Positions 27,351 to 36,507 of a stretch of 64,000 nucleotides of DNA are shown here, in pieces. This stretch comes from Nitrospira sp. CG24E (GTDB lineage: Bacteria; Nitrospirota; Nitrospiria; Nitrospirales; Nitrospiraceae), in assembly GCA_002869895.2 (NCBI GenBank), contig NEWP02000009.1, positions 24,601 through 88,600 on the forward strand. The letters run 5' to 3'. Every line of letters starts with the position of its first letter. Within the stretch, counting starts at the first letter, position 1. Made by a program: the position numbers and the translations under genes. The notes below the pieces were generated by a model. It had not been told where the DNA came from and ran no database searches. It saw only the letters and a program-made list of their open reading frames with translations.

Positions 27351-27770
27351 CTAAAAAAGACACCCGGTACATCTGCTCTTTCCCGAACTTACACCGGAAT
27401 ACAATTCCCAAACAGAATACCCAGGCAACGAGAGCCGAGCGACGCAAAGCCAAGCAGTGGCTGTCTGGCAGGACTGACGCTCAGATAAGTAGAATGACCC
27501 CGTTTTCTTTCTGCCAGAATGTCCCCCTTCTTTAATTCGGCGCATCTTCCAAAATCCGGACGGCAGCTTCCCCAATCCCAGACGCACCAACCCTGCGCGG
27601 GCCAGACTGCGAAGATGTGCGGACTCCTTTTCGCCACGGTGGGGCAACGGCACCAGCTTGGCAATCGGTTTGCCTCGCTCCATGACGATGACTTCTTCTC
27701 CGGCTTTGACTATAGCCAGACAGGCACTCAATGTCGCCTTCAAGGCAGACACCGCTGCAGACTTCATCAT
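27351..27770 (-). CDS. Phd/YefM-type antitoxin (VapB-like); its C-terminus runs into a repeat and no toxin gene follows
   Basis: GGAGG SD; MMKSAAVSALKATLSACLAIVKAGEEVIVMERGKPIAKLVPLP...LARAGLVRLGLGKLPSGFW. After about residue 85 the codons are repeat sequence. Confidence 0.65.
   Translation of the reverse strand: MMKSAAVSALKATLSACLAIVKAGEEVIVMERGKPIAKLVPLPHRGEKESAHLRSLARAGLVRLGLGKLPSGFWKMRRIKEGGHSGRKKTGSFYLSERQSCQTATAWLCVARLSLPGYSVWELYSGVSSGKSRCTGCLF
27424..27510. repeat. partial copy (3' third) of the 220-nt repeat
   Basis: GGCAACGAGAGCCGAGCGACG...CTGGCAGGACTGACGCTCAGATAAGTAGAATGACCCCGTTTTCT compared with 29368-29448. Confidence 0.75.
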
Positions 27771-27946
27771 CAGACCTCCATGGTCATGTCCAATGTGACC
27801 ACGATAGTCTTCTTTATGATGCTGATCGTGCAAGCCGATGAGGACAATTGCGACGCACAGGCTCCTTGTCGCTTCTCGTCATCTACGATGGCCCGCTGTC
27901 ACCGTCTTTCGTGAGATCGTGCGAGTCTTTCCATCAGGAGAGACTG

Positions 27947-28471
27947 TTATCGTCCTGTCATTCGCTGACAAAACAGGTCCACCGTTTTATTGAATACAAA
28001 CAACATCGTGTCTTGTGGAGAGGCGGACACAGCACTCTCAGCCGCTGCCGCGATCGCTTCTGAAGCGACCTGGAATCGTCCGGCTACCCAAGCCGCATCG
28101 TCCAGATCCAACTCAGTCCCCCTCCGCAACTTCGCAATGATGAAATCGGTCGGGGCGAGCAACCGAATCCGCAGCTTCGGCCGATCGACCAACATGGACG
28201 CTCGCTCACGGTACCCCGGCGGCATTGCGATGACGGACCAGCCGGAAATGTTGGCGCCCAAGTCGGCGGGTACGTGGCGGTCTGTCAGGAATTGTATCAG
28301 CCCGGTCAAATCACCGATAAATTCGCCATCGATGTCCTGAGTGGTTCGATCCGGTGCGCCATATGCTTGAAGAGCAAGCCCCCCCACGAGGATCAGATCG
28401 ACGGAGCCGCCGGTCACGTGGACGTATTCGGTCAGCAGAGAAATCAGTTGATCAGTGGTGAGCTGAGACAA
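27947..28471 (-). CDS. DUF6036-like nucleotidyltransferase-fold protein
   Basis: VDLILVGGLALQAYGAPDRTTQDIDGEF and DFIIAKLRRGTELDLDDA patterns. TTG start; 20-nt overlap with the upstream ORF. Confidence 0.55.
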   Translation of the reverse strand: MSQLTTDQLISLLTEYVHVTGGSVDLILVGGLALQAYGAPDRTTQDIDGEFIGDLTGLIQFLTDRHVPADLGANISGWSVIAMPPGYRERASMLVDRPKLRIRLLAPTDFIIAKLRRGTELDLDDAAWVAGRFQVASEAIAAAAESAVSASPQDTMLFVFNKTVDLFCQRMTGR

Positions 28472-28769
28472 AACGGAGCGCCTCCATCACCGTGCGGTAG
28501 TCACGCTGGTCGATCGGGCCGGGGTCTGGGGGAAGTGGCGTGCGGACGACCAGTGTGGTGATGAGCGAACGATACGTGGTGAACCAGCGGCAGGCTTTCT
28601 GGTAGGCGGCTTGAACCGCCGTGTCGTGAAGCCATGGGGTGAGATCGAGTTGATCGTTCACCAGAATTTCGAGCCACAGCAAGCGCTTCCCTCGCTCGTC
28701 AGCCAGGGCGTCCTTCATCGAGGTGACGCCGGCATAGGCAGAAAGCAATTTAAACTGATCGGTGGCCAT
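28452..28769 (-). CDS. hypothetical protein, upstream partner of the DUF6036-like gene
   Basis: 105-aa ORF overlapping the downstream gene. No motif recognised. Confidence 0.4.
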   Translation of the reverse strand: MATDQFKLLSAYAGVTSMKDALADERGKRLLWLEILVNDQLDLTPWLHDTAVQAAYQKACRWFTTYRSLITTLVVRTPLPPDPGPIDQRDYRTVMEALRFVSAHH

Positions 28770-29227
28770 GAGGTTGTCGTGCCTACGGTGTGATTGACCG
28801 TGCAGATGGCAGTATAGGAGGCACGAGAGAGAGTTGCAAGAAATGGAAAAGGATTGTTATGCGTGCGGTCTAGCGAAGCCGCATGCTGGACAGCGAGGAC
28901 ACCATCCACGACCACTTCAGGCACGTTCGAAGGAAGACCGGCGCCATGAATCGTGGCGGCATCATCTCCCGTGTGCTGGGCCGAGCAGACGTCTACCGCA
29001 ATGGAGCCATCGTTGGCAAGGTGCGTCCTTCGGAGCGGTCGATCCGTTAAGTCAGCGACTTCATTCCTGCACAAAAGAGCATGGCCCTATCTTGGTTCGC
29101 ATCCCCCCCTCCCCCGCGCGGGCACCGCTGCGCTTTTGATCTTCGAATAACGAGGCACCCTGGACTATGGCGCCCTTCGTCTCCAAGGTGTCAAGTCAAG
29201 CAACGACCCCATCACCAGCTCCCCGGG

Positions 29228-29448
29228 GAGCGGCTCTGACAGGCGCGTATCTCGTGAAGCGTGAAACGTATCGCGCAGGAGGTTTCGAGTTTCTGGTTTC
29301 TAGTTTTACGTTCGGAGGTTTGAGTAATGCACAACCCGAAACTCCTAACCAGAAACATCCGGCAACAAGAGACGAACGACGAGAATCTATTCAGCGGGTG
29401 ACTGGCAGGACTGAATCATCACAAAAGTAGAATGGCCCCCGTTTTCTT
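29228..29448. repeat. about 220-nt repeat ending in GTAGAATGGCCCCCGTTTTC, copy 2
   Basis: See 25928-26148. Confidence 0.85.
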
Positions 29449-29680
29449 GGTTCCAAGGTTGTTTGTTATCTTTCAGGGAAGGGGCTTAGTGATCTCCCAC
29501 TGCGCAGATCTTTCTCACCCGCCCACCCCGGCGCGCCAAGGAAAAGAAAAAGGTGTCAGACACTCAGTTTCCGCTGCACGCCTGCTCATTCGCACCCCTC
29601 TGGCCCAGCACCCATTCAGGCCTGACTGCGGCCGTCGAGCGAGGTTATAGATAATCCCTCTAAGCTCACTCGTTTGCTTC

Positions 29681-29785
29681 CAGGGAATGGGGGCTGAGTG
29701 ATCTTCTACTGCGCGCGTCCAACGAGGGCCTTCTCAGGCCGCGCGTTGCGCGAGCACAGAAGATCATCAGGCTCCATCCATCCCT
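29681..29785. repeat. long palindromic element (GATCTTCTACTGCGCGCGTCCAACG ... CGTTGCGCGAGCACAGAAGATC)
   Basis: The arms are complementary over about 30 nt. Same family as the outer arms at 46160-46362. A half copy is at 29474-29506. Confidence 0.8.
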
Positions 29786-29805
29786 CTCCAGGATTTAGCA
29801 TCCTG

Positions 29806-31725
29806 TTAGGGCACGTTTCCCTTCATCAGTGAAATGATGCTCCTCATCGTCACTTGGTCGTCGTCGAATCCGCCGTGTGTCGTGCTCTTCGATTCCTTGC
29901 CGGGCGCTGCACAGGTATAGACGTTTGCCAATTGCTTGGCGGCAATCATGTCGTTGAAGTGTTTCTCCAAGCCCAATATTGGGGTCATCCGTCCCTGTTC
30001 GAGCGACTGCGAGACCAGATAGAGTAGCGAACGGGTGTATCCTAGGATCGGTTTGCAGGTTGGATCCTTCTGTTCGATATCGTCGGAGAGATGGAATTGA
30101 TTGAAGCGTTTGACTCTGCCATTTTTGATGGCTGGGATGACCGTCTCTTCAAAGAGATCGACTCGTACCGCCGGAGCCATAAAGTTCACGGTCTCGAAGG
30201 TCCACCCCTGCTCCCCCATCCGATGGACCACATGGCTGTGTAAGATGGAGCCGGCCGAATGGCCGATGAGATGCAAGCGCACCTTGGAGAGATCGGAAAA
30301 ATGCGGCGATGCTTGGCAGGCCCGATAGAGCTTCATGCCTCCACTCTCGGCCGTACTGGAAATCGCGTCTGCATTCTGTTTCATCTCGCTCCAGATCGCC
30401 GTCCCTGGCGAGGCCAGTAGTTTTTCAAGCCGTTCGTTCCACCAATTCTTGGCGCTGTCGAACAATCCGCCGGTCGGACGCTCCTGCCCCTTGAGGACAT
30501 CCGCAAGCCGCCCCTTCAGCGTCGACCAGAGATCGGTTTCCCACATCAGAAAGATCGGGAAGATCTTCTGTTCATACAGCGCGGGAATCCATTTCGCTGC
30601 GGTTTCTCCCGCATCGTCTTCGGACGTCAGCCCTCCATGCGCGTAAATCGCGATGTCCACTGGATCGTTCTTGCCCAGACCCCATGCGGTTCGAGCCCTG
30701 CCAAGATGGTCCGTAACCAGTGCCGTGATATCGGACTCCTGTGTGCGGAAATCACCGGTGTTGCTGAGCCGGCCATTGTTCTCCATATCGATAATAAAGG
30801 GGCTGATCTCGCGTTTCCGTAACGAGGGCTCCCCGGCCAACTGTACCTTGCCTGCATCCAGACGCAAGGTGGGCGAATGCGCGATTTCCAGATGAAGCTC
30901 CGTCACGACACCCAGCTGAGCCACCCAACAGTCCATCGCATGGTCGAGCCAGTCTTCATAGAGTAATACGGCGCGGCCTCTCATACCCCAGCCGGAGCCC
31001 CAGGAGTTATGAACGATAAATCCGTCCTGGTTGTAGCCGACGATTGCAAAGGCATGGCCGCCGTCGCTGAGACCTGCCTTCCGGTGTGGAATCACCCAAT
31101 AGCGGCCTTTGCTCTGTGATCTCTTCTTGAGTCCCTCCTCCCAACCTGAGTGACAGACAGCGCTGGCATAGAGAATCCCAATCTCGTTGAGGGCGACGTG
31201 CATATCGGCGACCGATCGCGTGTCGACACGGTAATAGGCTCCGAGCGGACGTTGGACTGCATCGAGCCACCAGTCCTCCGCGCACTTTGCCACATGCGGC
31301 AGCGGCATCTTCTCCGAGGTCCAGAGCCGGTCCGAGCAGGCGCCGTGTTTGTACCAACCTTTCATGGCGCCGCGCAGGCTCGATCCTGTATCGACATCCG
31401 GAGCGCCGGGAAATTCATCGTAGCGCCGGGCCATTGAGTACAACATGAAGGGAGAGACGCAACAATCCTTCTGCTTCCGTTTGGCTGCTTGCTGTAAGTG
31501 ACAGACAACGCCGGCCAGCGCAAAGCCGGTGCAGGCGTTGGTCTGTTTTTGATCGAGCACAGGGATGTCGGCTTTCGGATCAAACACCAAGTCCGGCACA
31601 ACCGCCACCGGAGGCATATAGAGCCTGTCCCGTAGATCGAGCCGATCGGGAACCACATTGCGTATCGGGATGGCTGCAGCGTCAGGTTTCCCCGCTCTTC
31701 CAACCGTCGCTTTGCTCTTCGGCAT
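29806..31725 (-). CDS. fusion protein: N-terminal papain-like (C1) cysteine peptidase plus C-terminal alpha/beta hydrolase (lipase/esterase-like)
   Basis: DQKQTNACTGFA (Gln/Cys), GGHAFAIVGY (His), VHNSWGSGWG (Asn). Then AIYAHGG (HG oxyanion motif), HLIGHSAGS (nucleophile elbow), late SDD and THGG. No signal peptide. Confidence 0.75.
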   Translation of the reverse strand: MPKSKATVGRAGKPDAAAIPIRNVVPDRLDLRDRLYMPPVAVVPDLVFDPKADIPVLDQKQTNACTGFALAGVVCHLQQAAKRKQKDCCVSPFMLYSMARRYDEFPGAPDVDTGSSLRGAMKGWYKHGACSDRLWTSEKMPLPHVAKCAEDWWLDAVQRPLGAYYRVDTRSVADMHVALNEIGILYASAVCHSGWEEGLKKRSQSKGRYWVIPHRKAGLSDGGHAFAIVGYNQDGFIVHNSWGSGWGMRGRAVLLYEDWLDHAMDCWVAQLGVVTELHLEIAHSPTLRLDAGKVQLAGEPSLRKREISPFIIDMENNGRLSNTGDFRTQESDITALVTDHLGRARTAWGLGKNDPVDIAIYAHGGLTSEDDAGETAAKWIPALYEQKIFPIFLMWETDLWSTLKGRLADVLKGQERPTGGLFDSAKNWWNERLEKLLASPGTAIWSEMKQNADAISSTAESGGMKLYRACQASPHFSDLSKVRLHLIGHSAGSILHSHVVHRMGEQGWTFETVNFMAPAVRVDLFEETVIPAIKNGRVKRFNQFHLSDDIEQKDPTCKPILGYTRSLLYLVSQSLEQGRMTPILGLEKHFNDMIAAKQLANVYTCAAPGKESKSTTHGGFDDDQVTMRSIISLMKGNVP

Positions 31726-31902
31726 GAGAAACTCCTTTCGGATCTGTATGGACGCCGGCTGAGAGTCTGCTGTTAATATTTAATTCGAAGAAAACCTGCG
31801 CTGTATTATCAGAAGATTCCCACAGCCCGTCAAATACCATTCATTCCCACTCTCTCATACCCCGGTTTGACTTCAGCTTCCTTGCCCTCCTAGAATCGCG
31901 CC

Positions 31903-34900
31903 ATGGCTTCGTCCTTCGTCCATCTCCATCTTCACACCCAGTTCAGTCTCCTCGACGGCGCAAATCAGATCGAGCCGCTCGTCCAACAGATCAAAGCCTT
32001 TGGACAGCCGGCTGTGGCCATGACCGACCATGGCAATATGTTCGGCGCCATCGAGTTCTACCGCAAAGCCAAAGACGCAGGCATCAAACCTATCATCGGC
32101 TGCGAAGCCTATATGGCGCTGGGCAGTCGGCATGCCAAGAAAGATAGTGGGCTTGCCCATAACGACTATTACCACTTGATTCTTCTGGCTCGAAATCTGA
32201 CCGGCTATCAAAACTTGATCAAGCTTGTCAGTAAAGCATACCTTGAAGGATTCTATTATAAGCCTCGAATGGATAAGGAGATACTGAAAGAACACCATGA
32301 GGGATTAATCGCTCTGTCCGGCTGCTTGAGCGGCGAAATCCCCTACCTCATTGGTCAGAAGGACATGACAGGCGCCATGGCTGTGGCCGGTGAGTTTCAA
32401 GAAATATTCGGGAAAGAACATTTCTATCTTGAGGTGCAGGCAAACGGGCTGGAGCACCAGAGAGTCGCAAATAGCGGCCTGCTTGAGATCGCCAAGAAGA
32501 TGGATATTCCCCTGGCCGGCACCAACGATTGCCACTACCTGAAGAAAGAAGATTTCCGCCCGCATGAGTTGATGCTCTGCCTCCAAACCGGCAAGACGAT
32601 CAGCGATAAACACCGGATGAAGTTCGATACGGATCAGCTCTATGTAAAATCGACGGAGGAAGTCTCGGCCGCCTTTATCGAATTCCCCAATGCCGTCACC
32701 AATACCTGTCGGATTGCGGACAACTGCGACCTGCAGCTGGCGCTGAACAAGACCCATCTTCCGCAGTACAGGGTCCCCGAGGGCTTCACAAGGGAAACCT
32801 ATCTGGAGCGTCTCGCGCTGGAGGGATTGGCGGCCAGGCTACAAGAACGGTCCAGCCAGATCTTGCCTGCCACCTATGAGTTTCGCCTGCGTGAAGAGCT
32901 GACGATCATCTGTTCGATGGGGTTCGCGGGCTACTTTCTCATCGTGTGGGATATCATCAAGTTTGCCCGTTCACGCAATATTCCGGTTGGTCCAGGGCGC
33001 GGGTCCGCAGCAGGAAGTCTAGTCGCCTATGCGCTGCGCATCACGGACCTCGACCCCCTCGTCTACCAGCTCCTTTTCGAACGGTTTCTGAATCCCGAGC
33101 GCGTGTCCCTCCCCGATATCGATATGGACTTCTGCATGGAACGCCGGGGCGAAGTCATCAACTATGTGGTCGACAAGTACGGCAAGGACCATGTCGCCCA
33201 GATCATTACGTTCGGGACACTCGGGGCGAAGGCCGCCATCCGGGATGTGGGCCGTGTGTTGGAAATCCCCTATGCCGAGGTTGATCGTGTGGCCAAGCTC
33301 GTGCCAAATCAGCTGAATATGACGCTCCAACAGGCGCTCGAACAAGAGCCGAAACTCCGCGATCTCGTCGAAACCGACACGCGAGTCAAGGAGCTGATGG
33401 GTATCGCCCGTTCGCTCGAAGGCCTGGCCCGCCACGCCTCGACTCACGCAGCCGGCGTGGTGATTTCTGAAGGTCCGCTCACGGACCATGTGCCCCTCTA
33501 CAAGGGAGCCAACGACGAAATCGTCACCCAATATTCGATGGGAGACGTCGAAAAGATCGGGCTCGTCAAATTCGATTTCCTGGGGCTCAAAACTCTCACC
33601 ATGATCAAACGGGCCGAGACTCTGATCAACCAGAGGCATTCCGGCCAGCCCTCCCTGATCATGGAGCAGATTCCTTTCGACGATCCCAAAACCTTCGCGC
33701 TTCTCTCATCGGGAAAGACAATCGGCCTCTTCCAGCTGGAAAGCTCCGGGATGCGCGATCTCCTGACCGGTCTCAAGCCGGACCGTTTCGAGGACATCAT
33801 CGCCATCATCGCTCTCTATCGTCCCGGACCGATGGACCTGATTCCCGACTTCATCAAACGAAAGCAGGGCAAGATTCCAATCGTCTACGAAGTGCCTGAG
33901 CTTGAACCGATCTTGAAGGACACCTACGGGGTCATCGTCTATCAAGAACAGGTGATGGCGATCGCCAACCGCGTAGCGGGCTTCTCGCTCGGCCAAGCCG
34001 ACATTCTCCGGCGCGCCATGGGTAAAAAGAAGCCGGAAGAGATGGAGAAGTTGCGCGCACAGTTCCTGGCCGGCGCCAAGACGAACAAGATTCCCGATAA
34101 GAAAGCGGATAAACTCTACGAGCTGATCCAGAAATTCGCCGGCTATGGGTTCAACAAGTCGCACGCCGCGGCCTACGCCGTCGTCTGCTACCAGACCGGC
34201 TATTTGAAAGCCCATTATCCGACCGAGTTCATGGCAGCTCTGATGACTACCGACATGGGCAATGCCGATAAGATCGTCGGCTACTTCACGGAATGCCGGG
34301 ACTTGAACATCAAAGTCCTGCCCCCTGACGTCAACGAAAGCCATAAGAACTTTACCGTGGCGGATCGCGCCATCCGGTTCGGCTTGGCCGCCATTAAGAA
34401 TGTCGGCGAGGGCGCTGTCGAATCCATCATCGACATTCGGAACACAGGCGGCCCCTTCAAATCCTTCTTCGAGTTCTGCCGGCGCGTCGATCTCCACAAG
34501 GTCAACAAGCGCATGCTCGAAGGGTTGATCAAGACCGGCGCATTCGATTCCACCGGCGCCAAACGTTCGCAGCTGGCAGCGGTTCTGGATCAAGCGGTGG
34601 AAGACGGTGCAGCCGCTCAGCGCGAGCGTGATCTGGGGCAGACCAATATCTTTGGCGACGAGCCGGGTGAACAAGACTCGACCGAGCATCCTGCCATGCC
34701 GCCTCTGCCCAACATTCCCGAATGGGATCAAAGCGAGCGGCTGAAACAGGAGCGGGAGCTGACCGGCTTCTATATTTCCTCCCATCCATTGGCGCGCTAC
34801 GAGGCCACCATCCAAGCCCTTGCCTCGACCTCGACCGTCGGCCTGTCCGAATTGACGGACGGCCGGGAGGTGAAGCTCTGTGGAATCATCACGACCGTGA

Positions 34901-35364
34901 AGAGCATGCTGACCAAGAAGGGCGACCGGATGGCCTACCTCAGCCTGGAAGATCTCCAAGGCATGGTCGAGGTCATCGTCTTTCCCGATCTCTACAAAAA
35001 TGCCGTGGATTTGCTGGTGCCGGAACGCCTTGTGCGGGTCACCGGTACGGTGGACCGTGGAGACAAGGGCATGAAGATTCGAGGGAGCAAGATCGAGCCG
35101 CTCGCCGAAGTGCAGGCGCAAGCGATCAAGCGAGTCCACATCAGGCTGCTGGATCACCCCAACGCAACGGAGCAGTTACCACGCCTTCGTGAGGTCTTCC
35201 TCCGCCACCCTGGAAACACAACGATCGCCCTGACTCTCCGGATGGATGCGGCCCTGGAAGCTGAAACAGCCCCCCTCCCCCGCTTGACCGTCACCCCCAG
35301 CGAACGATTTGTGGCAGATGTTGAAGAAGTGCTAGGCAAGGGGGCCATTTTTCTGCTATCTTAA
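31903..35364 (+). CDS. dnaE: DNA polymerase III alpha subunit
   Basis: FVHLHLHTQFSLLDG PHP start, palm/fingers motifs, OB fold; 1153 aa. Confidence 0.97.
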   Translation: MASSFVHLHLHTQFSLLDGANQIEPLVQQIKAFGQPAVAMTDHGNMFGAIEFYRKAKDAGIKPIIGCEAYMALGSRHAKKDSGLAHNDYYHLILLARNLTGYQNLIKLVSKAYLEGFYYKPRMDKEILKEHHEGLIALSGCLSGEIPYLIGQKDMTGAMAVAGEFQEIFGKEHFYLEVQANGLEHQRVANSGLLEIAKKMDIPLAGTNDCHYLKKEDFRPHELMLCLQTGKTISDKHRMKFDTDQLYVKSTEEVSAAFIEFPNAVTNTCRIADNCDLQLALNKTHLPQYRVPEGFTRETYLERLALEGLAARLQERSSQILPATYEFRLREELTIICSMGFAGYFLIVWDIIKFARSRNIPVGPGRGSAAGSLVAYALRITDLDPLVYQLLFERFLNPERVSLPDIDMDFCMERRGEVINYVVDKYGKDHVAQIITFGTLGAKAAIRDVGRVLEIPYAEVDRVAKLVPNQLNMTLQQALEQEPKLRDLVETDTRVKELMGIARSLEGLARHASTHAAGVVISEGPLTDHVPLYKGANDEIVTQYSMGDVEKIGLVKFDFLGLKTLTMIKRAETLINQRHSGQPSLIMEQIPFDDPKTFALLSSGKTIGLFQLESSGMRDLLTGLKPDRFEDIIAIIALYRPGPMDLIPDFIKRKQGKIPIVYEVPELEPILKDTYGVIVYQEQVMAIANRVAGFSLGQADILRRAMGKKKPEEMEKLRAQFLAGAKTNKIPDKKADKLYELIQKFAGYGFNKSHAAAYAVVCYQTGYLKAHYPTEFMAALMTTDMGNADKIVGYFTECRDLNIKVLPPDVNESHKNFTVADRAIRFGLAAIKNVGEGAVESIIDIRNTGGPFKSFFEFCRRVDLHKVNKRMLEGLIKTGAFDSTGAKRSQLAAVLDQAVEDGAAAQRERDLGQTNIFGDEPGEQDSTEHPAMPPLPNIPEWDQSERLKQERELTGFYISSHPLARYEATIQALASTSTVGLSELTDGREVKLCGIITTVKSMLTKKGDRMAYLSLEDLQGMVEVIVFPDLYKNAVDLLVPERLVRVTGTVDRGDKGMKIRGSKIEPLAEVQAQAIKRVHIRLLDHPNATEQLPRLREVFLRHPGNTTIALTLRMDAALEAETAPLPRLTVTPSERFVADVEEVLGKGAIFLLS

Positions 35365-35384
35365 GCCCTAGTTCTAGACCGTTA

Positions 35385-35452
35385 TCGGGTTCATTTGGTG
35401 TGTCTTGTTCAACAAAAAAACTAAACACACTAGATAAATAAAACAAACCGGT
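35385..35452. repeat. phased-unit hairpin repeat (degenerate copy)
   Basis: GGGTTCATTTGGTGTGTCTTGTTCAACAAAAAAACTAAACACACTAGATAAATAAAACAAACCGG, between dnaE and accA. Confidence 0.65.
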
Positions 35453-35455
35453 TAG

Positions 35456-36424
35456 ATGCCTATGCACGATTACCTCGAATTTGAAAAGCCGATCCGCGAG
35501 ATCGAAGAAAAAATAGAAAAGCTGGCGACGGCTCCTGCGGGAAAATCGCAGGACGAGATTCGCAAGCTGCGGATCAAGCTGGCCCAGGTCGAACATACCC
35601 TCTACAGCAAACTGACTCCCTGGCAACGGACGCAACTTGCCCGGCATCCCCAACGGCCCAGCACTCTCGATTATATCGGTTATCTATTCAGAGACTTCCT
35701 CGAGCTGCATGGGGACCGTTCATTCGGCGACGATCGCGCCATTGTCGGAGGCTTCGCGACCTACAACGACCGGTCGATCATGGTCATCGGCCATCAAAAG
35801 GGAAAGACCCTCAAAGAACGGATGCAACGGAACTTCGGCATGCCGAACCCGGAAGGCTATCGAAAAGCCCTGCGTCTGATGAAGATGGCCGAGAAGTTCG
35901 GACGCCCGATCGTGACCTTTATCGACACACCCGGCGCTTATCCTGGCATCGGCGCGGAAGAGCGCGGCCAGGCAGAGGCCATAGCCCGCAATCTGTATGT
36001 CATGTCCCGGCTCGCAGTTCCGATTATTTCCATCGTCATTGGCGAAGGCGGGAGCGGAGGAGCGCTCGCATTGGGCGTCTCAGATCGCGTGTTGATGCTA
36101 GAGCACGGAGTCTATTCGGTGATTTCTCCGGAAGGCTGTGCTGCCATCCTCTGGGACGATCCAGCCAAAGTTCCCGATGCCGCCTCTGCCTTAAAAATGA
36201 CCGCGAGCGATCTGGTCGATCTTCACATCGTCGATGAGGTGATTCCGGAACCGCTCGGAGGCGCCCATCGGGATCTTAATGCGATGACCGAGCGTGTCGC
36301 CAAGTCCCTCAGCAACCAGCTTGCCCAGCTCAACGATCTCTCTCTCCCTCAGTTGCTGGCTCAACGAGACCAGAAATACCGGTCCATTGGAGCCGTCAAC
36401 GGGCTGGCCGCCACTCTCCAATAA
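35456..36424 (+). CDS. accA: acetyl-CoA carboxylase carboxyltransferase alpha subunit
   Basis: LEFEKPIREIE, FIDTPGAYPG, EGGSGGALA motifs. Confidence 0.95.
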   Translation: MPMHDYLEFEKPIREIEEKIEKLATAPAGKSQDEIRKLRIKLAQVEHTLYSKLTPWQRTQLARHPQRPSTLDYIGYLFRDFLELHGDRSFGDDRAIVGGFATYNDRSIMVIGHQKGKTLKERMQRNFGMPNPEGYRKALRLMKMAEKFGRPIVTFIDTPGAYPGIGAEERGQAEAIARNLYVMSRLAVPIISIVIGEGGSGGALALGVSDRVLMLEHGVYSVISPEGCAAILWDDPAKVPDAASALKMTASDLVDLHIVDEVIPEPLGGAHRDLNAMTERVAKSLSNQLAQLNDLSLPQLLAQRDQKYRSIGAVNGLAATLQ

Positions 36425-36507
36425 CTTTCTCGACCCTCCGCACCACCATCTTTTTTCTGTAACAGAACCGCCGGCAACTCTGATCCCCTCGCACGACGCT
36501 TCACTCT

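Noticed and set aside
28335-28352. GGTTCGATCC, a tRNA T-loop-like motif
   Set aside because: The flanking bases do not form a T-stem (3/5 pairs), and no acceptor, D or anticodon arms can be drawn. It lies inside the DUF6036-like CDS.
28883-29050. 55-aa ORF MLDSEDTIHDHFRHVRRKTGAMNRGGIISRVLGRADVYRNGAIVGKVRPSERSIR
   Set aside because: It has no SD and no recognisable motif, and competing ORFs lie on both strands in the same stretch. It is kept as non-coding until conservation is shown.
33706-35157. 483-aa ORF on the minus strand
   Set aside because: It lies entirely antisense within dnaE and has no motifs. It is a shadow ORF.
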